DNA of 62,862 nucleotides, the filler included, from Trichosphaerium sp. ATCC 40318 (lineage: Eukaryota; Protista; Tubulinea), in NCBI GenBank assembly GCA_038496445.1. It is 4 parts of 4 records of this genome, joined end to end, with 100 filler letters (N's around TTAATTAATTAA, not from the genome) between each part and the next. Parts side by side here need not be neighbours in the genome. Positions count along the whole stretch, not along the records: positions 20,755 to 42,648 come from JALMLS010000023.1; 3 more parts are not named here. One strand, given 5' to 3'. Position numbers and translations under genes: made by a program. Below, piece by piece: positions 25,383-38,330 of this stretch. Position 1 is the first letter of the stretch. Each line of letters begins with the position of its first letter. The notes under the pieces are model-generated. The model made no database searches, had not been told where the DNA came from, and saw only the letters and a list, made by a program, of their open reading frames with translations.

Positions 25383-27156
25383 TTACTCGGTGGCTGTAGC
25401 CTCTTCATATTGCTGATATTCATGCACCAAATCTTGCAAATTCCATTCCGCTTCGGTAAACTCCATCTCTTCCATACCCTCACCTTTGCCAAAAAGTCAA
25501 TTGTGAATACTTTAACGTTAAAACAACTTACCCAAGCTTGGGGACAAGAATGCTTTGCGCTTAAACAGTGACCTAAAGCTAGCTAGAGTTGATTTGAAAA
25601 CTGATGTGATTGCAGTGGTGTTTGCAATATACACACAACTCTGAAAAAGGTCTGCATAATCATTAAACACTCAGTTGAATCAAAAAATGCAATAATTTTT
25701 TTACCTTTGTACTTTGCTTTACAATTTGCGGGTTTTATATGACACGGCAACCAGTCACAAAATAACTTTGCATCATCATCTTGCCTCTTTTGCATATAAT
25801 GTTCAATGTTACATGTGCTGACATCCCTACATAAATGAAAGTCAAAAGTTGAAAAATACAATCAATCAGTACCCTCTGAACATAGCACAAGCAGTAAGTT
25901 GCTTGCCAGCACGAGGATCACATGATAGCAACACATTTTCTTTGCGAAAAACCTCATCTGTTAACTCTTTCACTGAGGTAGGTTTGTCATATGAAATAAT
26001 AGGCGCAGCACTAACAGTAAAAAAGTGAAGCCGTGGGAATGATACAAGGTTTACAGCCATTTTCCTAAAGTCACACATGATTTCACCTGAACAAAAAAGT
26101 TAAACCACGCTCTATACCCTTTTGATTGGAGCACACCTCCCAACCTCATGTTGCATGTGACACCGCTCATAGCCCTTGCTACGAGTTCATTAAAATCCTT
26201 CAAAGACGCAGACAAGCCATTGGAACATATGCGCGACATTGCAGCATTGTCAACACAAAAGCACATATCCATATTTTCAATTAGTTGGTGCATTGATAGA
26301 ACCCTATAAGATTAACTGGTAAGAAAATAGATGCACGAAAATGCATTCTTTTTTTTGATTTTTTACGTGTTGTATGGTTCCTGAATGTTATCTGATGCAG
26401 TAGACGGTATCACATTGAAAGCTGTCATCATTCTATCTGGATACTCTTCTCTTATTTTACTGGCAATTAGTGTACCGAGCCCTAACATATTTAATTGGAG
26501 TGTTTGAAAACTCAAAACACGCACCAGAACCAGTTCCACCACCTAATGAAAACACCATTTGAAATCCTATTTTTCTCAGAAAATTTAGGAACAAAGATTT
26601 AGCTAAATCGTTTTGGACCGTGCCATGCAAACAATCACATTTTTCAATTTCCTTTCGTGTTGTATCTATTACTTCATCAATAATCGCGGCACCCTCAGTC
26701 TGGTTAAATTGTTAGTTTTTGCTACTTATATAAAAGGTGAAAAGTTGTTGTACGTAGTGTCCCTTCGCCCACAAATTGTTCGTTCCAACCCCATTCACTG
26801 ATGTAACGAAGTTGTTTGGATCATACAAGCGCCCACAGGGACCGTTTTTAATTTGATCAAAGGTGCTATGCTCTTTTTACGTTTGTAAGATTCAAACTAA
26901 AATTATCTATCTGAGTATTTTTGTTTTTTTTTTTTGCCGTACCCAAATCTACCAAAATAGAACGTGGTACGTAGCGACCTTGCTTCGTTACGCGATAATA
27001 GGTGTTCGTGAGCTTATTGACGTCTGGTCTACCCATCATTTGACCAATGTGTTGCCCGTTATCATCAATGTCATGTTCACCGTTTATACACTCCCAAAAT
27101 GCGTGTCCTATCCTGTTTCCGCACGCACCGACCTGTATTTGTATTACTTCTGGCAT
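25383..27156 (-). CDS. TUBB: Highly divergent beta-tubulin
   Basis: [72 protein letters not shown]. Confidence 0.9.
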
Positions 27157-27456
27157 TTAATGCAGAATTTCACTTCTCCAACGATCCTTTTCTCGTGAGG
27201 AAACGTTTGAAAGTGAATGCTGACCTGGGCCGAAATTTAGTGAATAAGCCATTTTACGGTTTATGGTTTCAACTGGCCCACCTTTATAAGCGTACTTTCC
27301 AAACTGTTGCGATTGAACAAACCAACAGCGCCATTGTCGCCGCCACTTAAACTTGTAAAAAGTCTCTGTCACACAAAAAAAAATGTTGTGCCAACACGCC
27401 TCTTTGTGTTTGGTAATAGCGATGGGCGCAAAATCACGATAATGTAACCTGTTAGC

Positions 27457-29044
27457 ATGTTGTCTAAAGTATTAAAAGCCCAAAGAGTACGGAAGGCACG
27501 CGCCAAGCACCGAGAAAGATCTCTTGACACAATAGGCAAAGAATTAAACGTGTACACGCTGTGCGACTGGTACGATGTGCCCTGTCGCCGTGTTGTCGCG
27601 CAAAAGAGTAGCACGCTCGCCAGGTACCAAAAATAAGCCAGAACAACATTTCTAACAAAAAAAAACGCTAACTATACCAATAACAGTGACAACGGTTCGC
27701 TGTACGGAGCTGTGAAGAGAAATTACCCGTTTTATCCATGGCAAGCTAATAAATTTTTGTAAGTTGACATTTAGTAAGAACCACAATTCCTCACACATTC
27801 AGAAATACACAACAAAACTACTGGTCTTCAACCGCGCGTCAAGCTATGAAACTAAATGACATTGCCGAGAATCTCAGAATAAAATGTTTGGATGACTGGT
27901 ACACTGTACGTACCGCTCTGATGGCTGCTAACGGTGCTGACAGTATTTTGTACGATGGGTGTTTTTTTTTTGAATTAATGAAAAGTGACACTTACGTACT
28001 GCCAAGGTGTCATTATGGTGGTTCTTTGTCGCTGTGTCTTCACACTGTGTACAACAAATTCAAGTGGGTGTCCTGGAAGTTTGCGTAAGAGGCAAACTAA
28101 GTAAAATTGGCAACTAACATATGCTAACAGAAATGCGCCCAGACAGCTATGGACAAGTGTAGATAATCAACGTGATAAACTGAATACAGTAGCAAAGAGC
28201 TTAAACATCAAAATAATCGATGATTGGGCAAAAGTAAGCAGAACTAAATTCGACCAACATGGCTTTCAAGGAATTCTGTACGTAACTTACATTCTAAATG
28301 ATACAATATTAATAACCTCAAGTCACCACTACAACGGGTCTATCGCGGATTGCTTATCTGCAGCGTATCCCGCATACAGACACCGCTTTCAGAAGGACAC
28401 AAGGTACATCCTTATCTTTGCCTGCTTTAGATTAATTGCCTTTACGCCTAGACCAAGTACTTTACCAGTATGGGAAGACCAAACAGACAATCAGCGCAAA
28501 ATGCTAAACTGGATCGGCAAAGCTCATGGTATCAAAACTCTAAATGATTGGTATAGTACATGGTGCTCAAATACTAAGCTTCCACACTCCATAACATCAC
28601 AGTATGGTTCTGTGGTAGAAGCACTCAAGACTCTCTACCCAAACTACAATTGGGATACAACCAAATTCAACTGGAACATGTCTCTGTGGCTTCAAGAAGA
28701 ACACCAACAAAACTTCCTCCAAAAAGTCCAAGCAAAATTTGAGATTAAGCATCCTGGTGAATGGTACCGTATTTCTTGCAAGCAACTCGTGGACAACGGT
28801 GGCCACGGTATACTGAAGGCATGGCCACAGGTACTTAGGTTGATTGAACCTTCGTACTCTTGGAATTGGGCAATCTTTTCATCACGTAGTGTAAAACGAG
28901 CAACAAAACAAAGGCACGTGATTAAGTTTATGTTATCACCCAATAACCCAAATGTGCAGGAATTTACGCCAATGTGTCAAACATGCTTTCCAAGACATAA
29001 CAGCTGTAGAGGATCACGTAGTTAATCTACTATATGCTAGGTAG
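27457..29044 (+). CDS. Protein of tandem ~70-aa 'L.DWY...GSL...YP...W..F' repeats; apparently ends where related proteins carry a PD-(D/E)XK nuclease
   Basis: Repeats: TLCDWYDV, CLDDWYTV, IIDDWAKV, TLNDWYST, HPGEWYRI; ends KQRNLRQCVKHAFQDITAVED...AR*. Confidence 0.65.
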
Positions 29045-29151
29045 ACTTTACCGGTTTAATACATACGTAAAAACCGAAAAAAATTAATTGTATTTTTAAA
29101 TAATGTTACACCAAAAAAAAAAGACTGTTGTTGGTTTTTTTTTGTTACCCT

Positions 29152-31168
29152 TTACAAAAACTTCTTCTTCTTCCCTTTCTTCTTTTTTGTCTTTACCCCA
29201 CTTGCTTTTGTCTTCACCCCACTTGCTTTCGCATTTTTCTTGGCAACCTTCGCTGTTGTAGGGTTCCTGTGTCGCGTCGGCAGTCGCCTACCAGGAGGAC
29301 CCTTTGGTCTGGACCTCTGAGGAGCATCAAGCCGTGGTCGAATAGATATTTTTCCCAAATCTTTATCCTCTACAAAAGTAGGCAGTGACTCCAACTCGTC
29401 TTCGTCTGCGCTCCCGCTATCCGATTGCATCGTAGGTGGACCTCCCATCATTCCCTAAAATATACAGTTATGATATCAGTTCACAATAAATCTACAACGT
29501 ACACCACCAAATAACTTTTCTAAGTTCATTTTATGTGCATCAGCTTTGGATTGTGGCTTTGCTGGTTTTTTGTTCGCTGGTTTTTTGATTACAGGTTTAT
29601 CAGTTGTTGGTTTAGTGTCATCATTCTCAGTATCATCTTTCTTCTCAATACCATTTTCTTCCTCTTTAGCGCTCTCCACGCTTTCTGTTTCACTACCCGA
29701 GTCTTTGTTATCATCATCACTTTCAACACTCTCAGTTTCGCTGCCTGAATCACTCTTGTCATCCGATTCGCTTTTATCCGATAAATCTAACGAAGGCCCA
29801 GTCGGTGCTCTTGGAGGAGGAAGCGCTGGAGGTCTTCCACTAGAAATTAAACCCTATAGTACAAGTCAATCCAACAGTTCAATGAGGTTTTTTTTTCAAT
29901 CACGTGCCATCTTTTTTTTCATAAACAGAGTCTCTCGCTTTTTCCTTTCTTTCCTCCTCTCTTCCATCGCCTTTTCTTCTTCCTTCGCTAAATCTCTGTA
30001 TTTTGGGTTAAACATAAATAGCTAGGAAAGAGCTTTTGGTTTTTTTTTTTTGATGTTAAGTACTTTTCAAAACTCTCTTCATTAATTTCGTCTGCGCCAG
30101 CATCACATATAATATTGGCCAAAGTTGAGCGCCTTCGACTTTCTTCCTCCATTCTTTCAGGAGATAAAATCTAACCACTGGTTAGCCACATATTATCGCT
30201 ATAAATAACAGAAAAATAGCGTATACCGGTTCAGGTTTCTCAACTCGTAAACCAATTGGATGTTGTACTCTAGAAGGCTTTCGTTTCATGTTAGGCGCTA
30301 CCCACGTGGACATAGAACGTTTGGTACTTGCTCTTCCCGGAGCAATTCCCTGGGGATAAGTATTTTGAAGCGGCTCAGATTTTGATATGTTACTTCTTGT
30401 AGTGGGCTGTACATCCTCTACAACTATTTGTGGTGGGTTTGTGATCTCTTTTGCCTTTGGTTTTGGTTCATCATTGACTTTCGAACTTGGCCGAGTACGC
30501 CCAGAACTAGAATTACGAAGCTTAATCGACTTTTGTTTCACTGTCTCCTTCAAGCTTTTTGCTTTCTTCAACCCACCAGCGAATTTTCGTTTCATAAGTA
30601 CAGATCCAGTCGCAGACTCCACACGATGATTTGGGTCGTTCGCTATTTTTCTATAAAATGTGTAAATAAAACAATCAAAGCGCATACCTAATCAAAACTT
30701 ACAAAAAAAAAACAACAAAAAAAAATTATTTCAAAAATTGCAAAAAAAAAGCTCCAACTTACCTAAGAGCTACCGTGTCCCTGCACGCGCGACATACACG
30801 CACTTTGTCATAAATGCCAAAGTGTGGTAGTGGCATTAAAGTTGCAGTACAATCCGCACAATATACATCTATAAAACACGATGTCAGCTTACCCAAACAA
30901 AAGCTCCTGGTAGAAAACAAAAAAAAACGTAATGATTTCGAAAAAACACCCAAATCACGTTTCGTACGTCCACAATTTCTGCAGTGATGCTATATTAGAT
31001 AACGTCAGTACTTGAATACACGGCGCTAGTGGTCTTACTTACCTTACGCAAAAAGAAATTAAACTTGTTATTGCAGCCAATACAAACTGATACACTATCG
31101 AGCGCGTCTTTTGGTGGCGCAGGTTTTATGTCGCCCTTTTTGTGGTTACAAGTTAATCTCCTACTCAT
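29152..31168 (-). CDS. FYVE zinc-finger protein with long charged/low-complexity tail and CPI-like motif
   Basis: CIGCNNKFNFFLRK|HHCRNCG...YCADC...RVCRAC; C-terminal SRPKGPPGRRLPT. Confidence 0.85.
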
Positions 31169-31605
31169 AGCGACGCTTTCGTACCATACTAGGGTGTGCT
31201 TTTTATTGCGCAATACTTAATAATACGTTAGAGGTGGGCAGTCAACAGACAGTTTGAAAAGGGAATTTTTGGAAGTAAAAAACAAAATTGGCACGTGACC
31301 AAAAAAAATTAAGCACTTTAGCCAACACAACGTCGGTAGTTTTAATGCGTAGTTCTATAGGTTTTCAAACAAACAAAAACGTCACCTCTTACGAAGAAAC
31401 CATTCTAAGACAGGCGAGAAAACTTATTTTTGTGCGCCAGTACTGTTTATGCTGTATCTTTTACATAAACAACTGAAACGCCTGTGGCACAACAAACCTC
31501 TGTGAGTGACAGGGTGTGGCTTAACTCGCCTTTGTTTGCTATGGCTTTTCGTGAAAATTTTGCTACACCCAAACATGAAGTTCGCCCGTTAGCGGTTGCT
31601 ACCAA

Positions 31606-33675
31606 ATGTCAAGTGGTACCAAACTCCAAAAAATAGCGATTCGACGCGAAATAGCTGCTTTCTGTATTTTCCCGCACATAGAGACGCGTTTTACGTTCGC
31701 AAAGCTCCGGGAATGTATAAAGAACTACAGACAGGCGCAATCTATACGTTTGCAGTACGAACGGCACATTCAATCGGTCAAAAGAAAGGCCAATAGATCG
31801 TACTTACGGTATTGCTGGTTTTGGGCTTTTACTAAGTTGTTATTCCGGAAACTCATTAATTTTGTGTTGTAGGCCAGCTGAGTGGGAAGCTATCGCTCAG
31901 GGTATCGGTGTAGATGCCAATGTCGCTAAGATTTACTTTGGTAACCGCAATGTGTATGCTTTTTATTTGGCTCTAACACGCCATTAGATAGGTTCTGTAG
32001 TGTTTATCTATTGCTGTGCACGCACTCAGACAAAGAAGACAACAGTAGTGTTGAGTTTTACCCCTTTATCGTGTATCTTTTCCTACAACAACTTGGCCTA
32101 CGAATGGAAAATCAAAAATACATCACAGAGGTTAACTCTTTGCTCCTTTGCATTTTGAATTGTTTTTTTTTTTTTTTGGGCAAAATCTCTTTCAATCGGA
32201 TATGTCTATTGTGGACGCTCACACTAATGATTTAGAATTACCCTTCACTCAAACATTTTGGCATAAATGTAAACCCAACAAGGGATCGCCTTACGCGCGG
32301 CCAGTTATCTGCCAAAACGGCCACAGCGTTTGTATTTAATAATATGAACAAAATTATAGAACTGATTTCAACGGACGACGCTAAGATATCAGATACACTT
32401 GAAGCAGCGCGAGCAATTTCGGTGGTTTTAGATCTTGATGCAGTGCTAGAGAGAAAAAAATTCAGACTGTTTGAAAATGACGAAATTTCTGTCCAGGAAG
32501 CTCAGGTACAACGCCCAGTAACTCTTTACTATATCCAAATTTATAGCGCGTAGGATATTATTCGTACAAAAATCGAACCAGTTGCGCCTAAACCGTTAAA
32601 AAAAATACTGAATGTGAATATTTCCAGTGTAAACAGCAAAACCAGACTATACACTGACTCTTACTCAACAATGAAAAAACGCAATTCGAAGAGTTCAAAG
32701 AAATCTCCTGCAATTTCACGTGCGTACACCTAGACTTCATTATTAAATGAGACTGACAGCTACTTGCAGCCCGAGTTAAACCTATTGTTGTGTCTCAATT
32801 TTATATTCACGATTGCACTAATGCTTACATTTACCATCTCTGTGCCACTCGCTATGGAACTATCAGAGCTATACAAAACAGTACCTTGGTTTTAGGTGCT
32901 GTTGGTAATATCCTACGGATAGATGACGTACACAACTGTACGATTATTGTTGCTGCAAACGCCATACAGATCAGGTATGCTAGTAACCTTATTACGTTAC
33001 TTGCACAAATTATTAATACCAACAATAGCAATTGCACTGATTTGACGCTACATGTAGCGTGTAGGCACCGGATAGTGATTGTGGGAGCATGTCAAAACAT
33101 AAAGTTTGCTCCTTACAACACTTACTATGCCTCTCTAGGGCATCATTTAAAAACTACTAAACTGAACACAATACGCCATACTTACAGGTGGAAAGATCCA
33201 ATGTTTTACAACCCAGTAGAACCTCCTGCACCTCAACCTGTTACACCTGTACTGACCAGGCGCAATTCTGATCACAGTGACTCGTCATCGTTGTCAACAT
33301 CACGCACAGCAACCTCACAGAGTGCGTATAACGAACATGTACTTACTAATGATATTAACCTACACCATTTAAGGTTATGAGCGCCCAGCTCATAGATTGG
33401 TGCTACCAGTTGACTTTTTTCCCTTCAAGGTGCCGTTTTCTCTAAGAGGAGAAACGACCTCGAATCCATTTTTATTACCAGGCTCTTATGGTATTGCTTT
33501 GAAGTCTAAAACTGAGGTGGTCAAGAAAATGCGCGCAACTGTTACTAAAGGCACGCAAAGCATGAAAGGAGAAGAACAAGTGAAACTTGCAAAGACCATT
33601 GAAGAAAAGTTTTACACTTTCCTACTTGCATCAGATGGCTTGGTGCAGGTGCGACAACTCACAGACCTACTGTGA
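31606..33675 (+). CDS. TBCCD1: TBCC domain-containing protein (TBCCD1-like)
   Basis: FYIHDCTNAYIY, NSTLVLGAV, HNCTIIVAA, NIKFAPYNTYY, PVDFFPFKVPF, NPFLLP. Confidence 0.8.
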
Positions 33676-33811
33676 AACTGATTGTCGATTGTATTAATTG
33701 TATAGTCTCTAAAGTAAAAATAATTAAAAATTGTGCAAGTGGTCGATCACGTGATAAAATCAAACAGTCTTGAGTAACTAACTGCAGTATATTTTTTACT
33801 TTTTTTTTTTT

Positions 33812-34919
33812 TTACGAAATAGTACAACTGGAAGTACAAGATGCACAAGTAGGTTCATATTGTGCTTCTCTAATCTCAGGTTGTTGAGTTGGTTTTCCGG
33901 TTAATAGGGCCCCTGTCTCATCATCTCCTTCTTCAAGAGACACTACATCAGCTTCTACAGCATCAGGGTCACCCTCAGCAATTAAACCAGCAATTTTGGT
34001 AAACAAATGTACAACATTAACCTCGTCCTTCGCACTGGTCTCCATGAATGGGAAGCCATATCCCCGCGCAAGTTCTTCACCTTCCTCTGTAGTGACTATA
34101 TAGCAGCATATTAGATTACAAAAAAATTATTAATTGATACTTCAAACAAGTAAACTATAATGCTGTCTACCTTCTCTGTATTCGTGCTTGTCAATCTTGT
34201 TTCCTACAAGTAAAATCATGGCATCATCACCTTGCTCCTTCTTAATGATTTGCACCCATTTGTCTAACTATTAAAGATCGTGTTAGCATGGGTTTTTACA
34301 AAGTTCTTTAGTACAGCTTGTTGGAACAACAAAAACTGTGGCTTGAAGACATGAAAGTTCAACTCAAAAAACCGTACAGACTCAAATGTATCTCTTTGAG
34401 CGACGTCATAAATAATAATACAACCGCTAGAATTTCTGACGTAGGTTGGCAGTAACGCCTGGAACCTATGGGCGCGTCAGGTGCAATCCAGACAATACAA
34501 TACGAAAAAGGAAAAAAAACAAGCAACATTACCGTTCTTGGCCTGCAGTGTCGAATATATCTAAAATTTGGGCGTTATTTAAGCATGCAGTGGTTTGAAA
34601 TTTCGATGCAACGTACGCAAGCGTATCGACTTATCTTTGACATCCACCATTTTCAGGACAAAGTCTATACCTATTGTAGCTTGATAACTCTCATCGAACG
34701 TTTGGAACAAGTAACGATTCTAATTTATTAGTTAGTTATAACTTCGTTTAAAATTAGGGTAGCAGGATTTACAACTAACGACAGTGCGATAGCTTCGTTT
34801 CCACTACCTCAACGCCTCTTTAGAGAGGTCAAAAAGATTTAATCAGTACGCACAAGGATTGCGCTTTTGCCCACTTGGGTGTCACCTAGAAGCACAATCT
34901 TACGTGGACTCCCAGCCAT
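33812..34919 (-). CDS. Rab-family small GTPase (Rab6-like)
   Basis: LLGDTQVGKS, ATIGIDF, DTAGQERF, GNKID, ETSAK; Cys-rich C-terminus CASCTSSCTIS. Confidence 0.9.
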
Positions 34920-35134
34920 GATTCTGTTTTACTTAAATTTAGGTAAGTGCGCTTTTTAATTCCTTTTGCTCATGCGCTTAGCGATGCAGCTGTTCTAGTG
35001 CAGTATTCGTTTAGCAGTTAATAACACTTGGGGTAAAGGACGCATCACGACTAGATTGGGTTTTTTTTTGCTCGCAGATTTTTTTTTTGTTTTTTGCTCG
35101 TTATTTTTCTGAAAAGGGCCGACAGCGGCGAATT

Positions 35135-38061
35135 ATGAATTACACTGGAGAATTTGTAGACCCTAGCTTTGATGTTGGCGAAATTATTGGCATAGCGCCT
35201 GTTGTCACTTCAACAGAATACGTCACTATAACGTCAAAGGAGCAAGGCGTTCATATCTACAATGTACACGCGATTCTATAGCAATTCGCAATTTTTTTAT
35301 TCTGTTTGCGCTTACACTTCTTTTTAGGTTGTAGATAGCAAGTGTCGCCACAGTTTGCTATTTGGGGAGGATTTCAAGCATAATCACAACATTCCAGCAG
35401 TTTTTGACGGCCTTCGCTTGTACTTGGTAAAAGGCAAACAAGTATTGTATTTTGACAAAGACCACTTGGATGTAACCAAGCAGAAAGTAGCTGCCAAGGT
35501 AATTTCGCGTTTTTTTTGTTTTTTTGTTTTTTTGACATATCACTCTACAATGCCCGCGGGCGATATTTCGCGCGTATGGAAGCATTTAACAACCATTAGT
35601 TTTCCACACCGGTCCATTCTCTATGGCCACTGCATTACGCTGTTGCTGTTGTTCTTCAAAACGGAACTGTCGTCGTGTTAAAGACACGAAACCCTGCAGA
35701 AAACCCAGAACCGATGGTTCAATTGAAACTCGAACATCTATCCATCAAGCGCATCATTTCGTGTGACGTTTTTTCAAAGTATACAAAAAAAATCATCTAT
35801 GTCGCCTTTGCCGTGGAATTGAACAATGGAGATTATGGCGTAGCATACTACAACATTAGTCACGGCTCTGAGTCTCAAAAACAGATGACAGCATTTTACA
35901 CGCTTCCTTTAACAGTAAGTTTTGTAAAGTTATGATTACTCTAATTTAACCAAAAAACGAAGGGCTCAGTTAAAGCTATTTCTGTGAATGCTAAAGCCAC
36001 TCATGTCATGGTATTGTACAAAAACGGATCTATTGAAAGTTTTAATGGTGGCGTGCGTATAATGGAAGAACCATACACTTTGGAGAAGGTGGCAGAAGCC
36101 AAATTAGATATTGATAAATACTCACCAAAGAGAAATATGGTTTTGAAATCGTTGCGCCCGAATGTAACAGCTATGACCTTTGCCTCAGACAAAGAACAAA
36201 AAGGTACATAGTAACCGACAATGTCTTATGTCTCTTTTAACACGGTTATATATAGCCACAATCCTCCTTTGGGATACAGAAAATGCGTTGGTTACTGGAA
36301 ATATTAGTGTTGATTTTTCAAAAGTAAAGAAGCGAAACAATCAAAGCGTTGTAGACGTTTGTACAATTCCTCACACATTCACACTTTGTATTGGCTTGAA
36401 GAGCGCCATTGCTATTTCTAAAGTGGAGATTGAAAAAAGACACAACAGCTTGGTAAACGTAATAGATACTCAACGCTACACGTCAGCGTACACAAAGGAC
36501 ACTTCCCAAAAAAAAGATGAAACTCCTTTTTATAACCAGCTTGACCTTGCGGAGACTCTATCGAGTATTATGGATAACCAAATGGAGACTGGCGAAGGAG
36601 AGATGCTCCTCACAGATGTGCAAATATCTGACGCTCTGGATGATGTTTGGAAGAAACCTAAAAACTCTCCTTCGCTTGTGGCAAGGATGGAACAAAAGCT
36701 ACTCAAAGTGATCACAACACAAAAGTCTTTACAAGCAAAGGAGCTAATAGCACTATGTAATGATGTGTATGGTGCACCAAAAGACGTTGAAGCAGGTACC
36801 AAGGGTAGATTAATTGTTTCATTTCTAACTTTCTGTCTCTGATAGATGATTCAATGGTTCTTCCTCTAATTAGTAACGAGAATATGCCATACTACACCAA
36901 AGAGTCTTTGATTAGAATTGTACCAGATGAAGCTAATACAGAGGTAAGAACGTTTATTAACAGAAGGATTGTACAAAAAGGTTTTTTGATCTAATACATT
37001 GTTTAGCGTTCATTACCTCAACCCTCACAAGCAATGATAAATGCCCTATTGGAGCGTTGTGTCAAGAAAAATTGTTGGACGTTACTTGGTCAAGTTTTAC
37101 CTAAAATGCAATTACTTGGACGAGATGTTGACAATGTGGTTACAACTCTTATAGAAAACAAAAGAGCTGTACGTCGTACATTAGAGTGATTCCAGAGCCA
37201 CCATTGCTTATAACTTCTCAAGGGAGAGCTCGTGTGTTTCTTGATGGCAGCAACGCATGTAAAAGAACAAGATTTGGTCGCCAGTCTTAAGTATCTCATT
37301 ACTGCACCAGCTAAAGCATTAAAGCCATACCTTGGATCTAAAGCGAACTTAAAACAGCTTCGTACAAGTGCAGTGTACGTCGTTTCTCGTTAGTTTATGT
37401 TTGCTAAATATTTGCTTAGATGCGCTGTGCTACGCCAAGGATTTAACAAACATTTTTTACTGAGACACTTGCGCACTCTTTCAATAGAGCACGTTGAGGT
37501 AAACATCAAAGCAAATTTTTTGGAACCAAGACAATCGCGTACTAAATGTTTGTTATAGTTTCTCATGGAAGCACTCTTGTATTGCTTCACCGATCACTAT
37601 GACCTCTCTGAGGCGGCATTGAAAAAAGCAAAAGATAAGCCAGTTGTCCCATCATTGGAAGCAGTACGCATTTGTGGTTGACATATTCGTTTTTAACTCA
37701 ATAATTTAGCTCATAAAATGGTGTTCATTGGTGCTTGACAGCCACGCCACAAAGATGGTACTGGTTGACAACTGCGGCGAACTCTTACAGTATGTCAATG
37801 TGATCTCCTGAACAGTTTTCTAAATGTGCTTTTAGGAAATTGAAAAAGTGCATGACAGATCACATGGCACTATGCGAAAAACTATCAAAACTTGAAGGAA
37901 AGCTACTTTATTTCCAAGGCGAAATCGAAGAAACTCTGACAAGAGGTAAATCTAAGGCTGTACAATCAATGTATGAACGTAGTGAGTACATTGTTCAAGT
38001 ACACAGAGCATCTGGAGATCAACTCACAAGAGGTTGGAGCGATGATGAGGAGTTATGGTAA
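35135..38061 (+). CDS. NOL11: Nucleolar protein 11 / Utp8-like (t-UTP subunit), multi-exon
   Basis: N-terminal VTITSKEQGVHIYNV beta-propeller; C-terminal FNKHFLLRHLRTLS...PSLEA|LIKWCSLVLDSH. Confidence 0.6.
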
Positions 38062-38330
38062 ATAAAATAAATGAACATTCTCCTACACCAGCACGTGTGT
38101 TTTATCTTGTTTTTGTTGTACATTTAGCCCTATCAAAGTACGCTTCAGTGCACTGAAGCTTCAAGGAACCCACCAGATGGATTTTAACATGTCGGAAAGG
38201 TAAAGGGTACACAAGTACAACGATGACAATATGCTTTTGGGGTCTGGCAGGTTTTTTGTAGTACAAAAATATCGTGAAAACTGGACGTATTTTCGCGAAT
38301 CAAAAAAATAGACAAACAAAATCGTGAAAC

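Noticed and set aside
27157-27372. ORF abutting the tubulin start as N-terminal extension
   Set aside because: Ends in TAA immediately before the ATG; no conserved features, likely chance ORF in promoter/UTR
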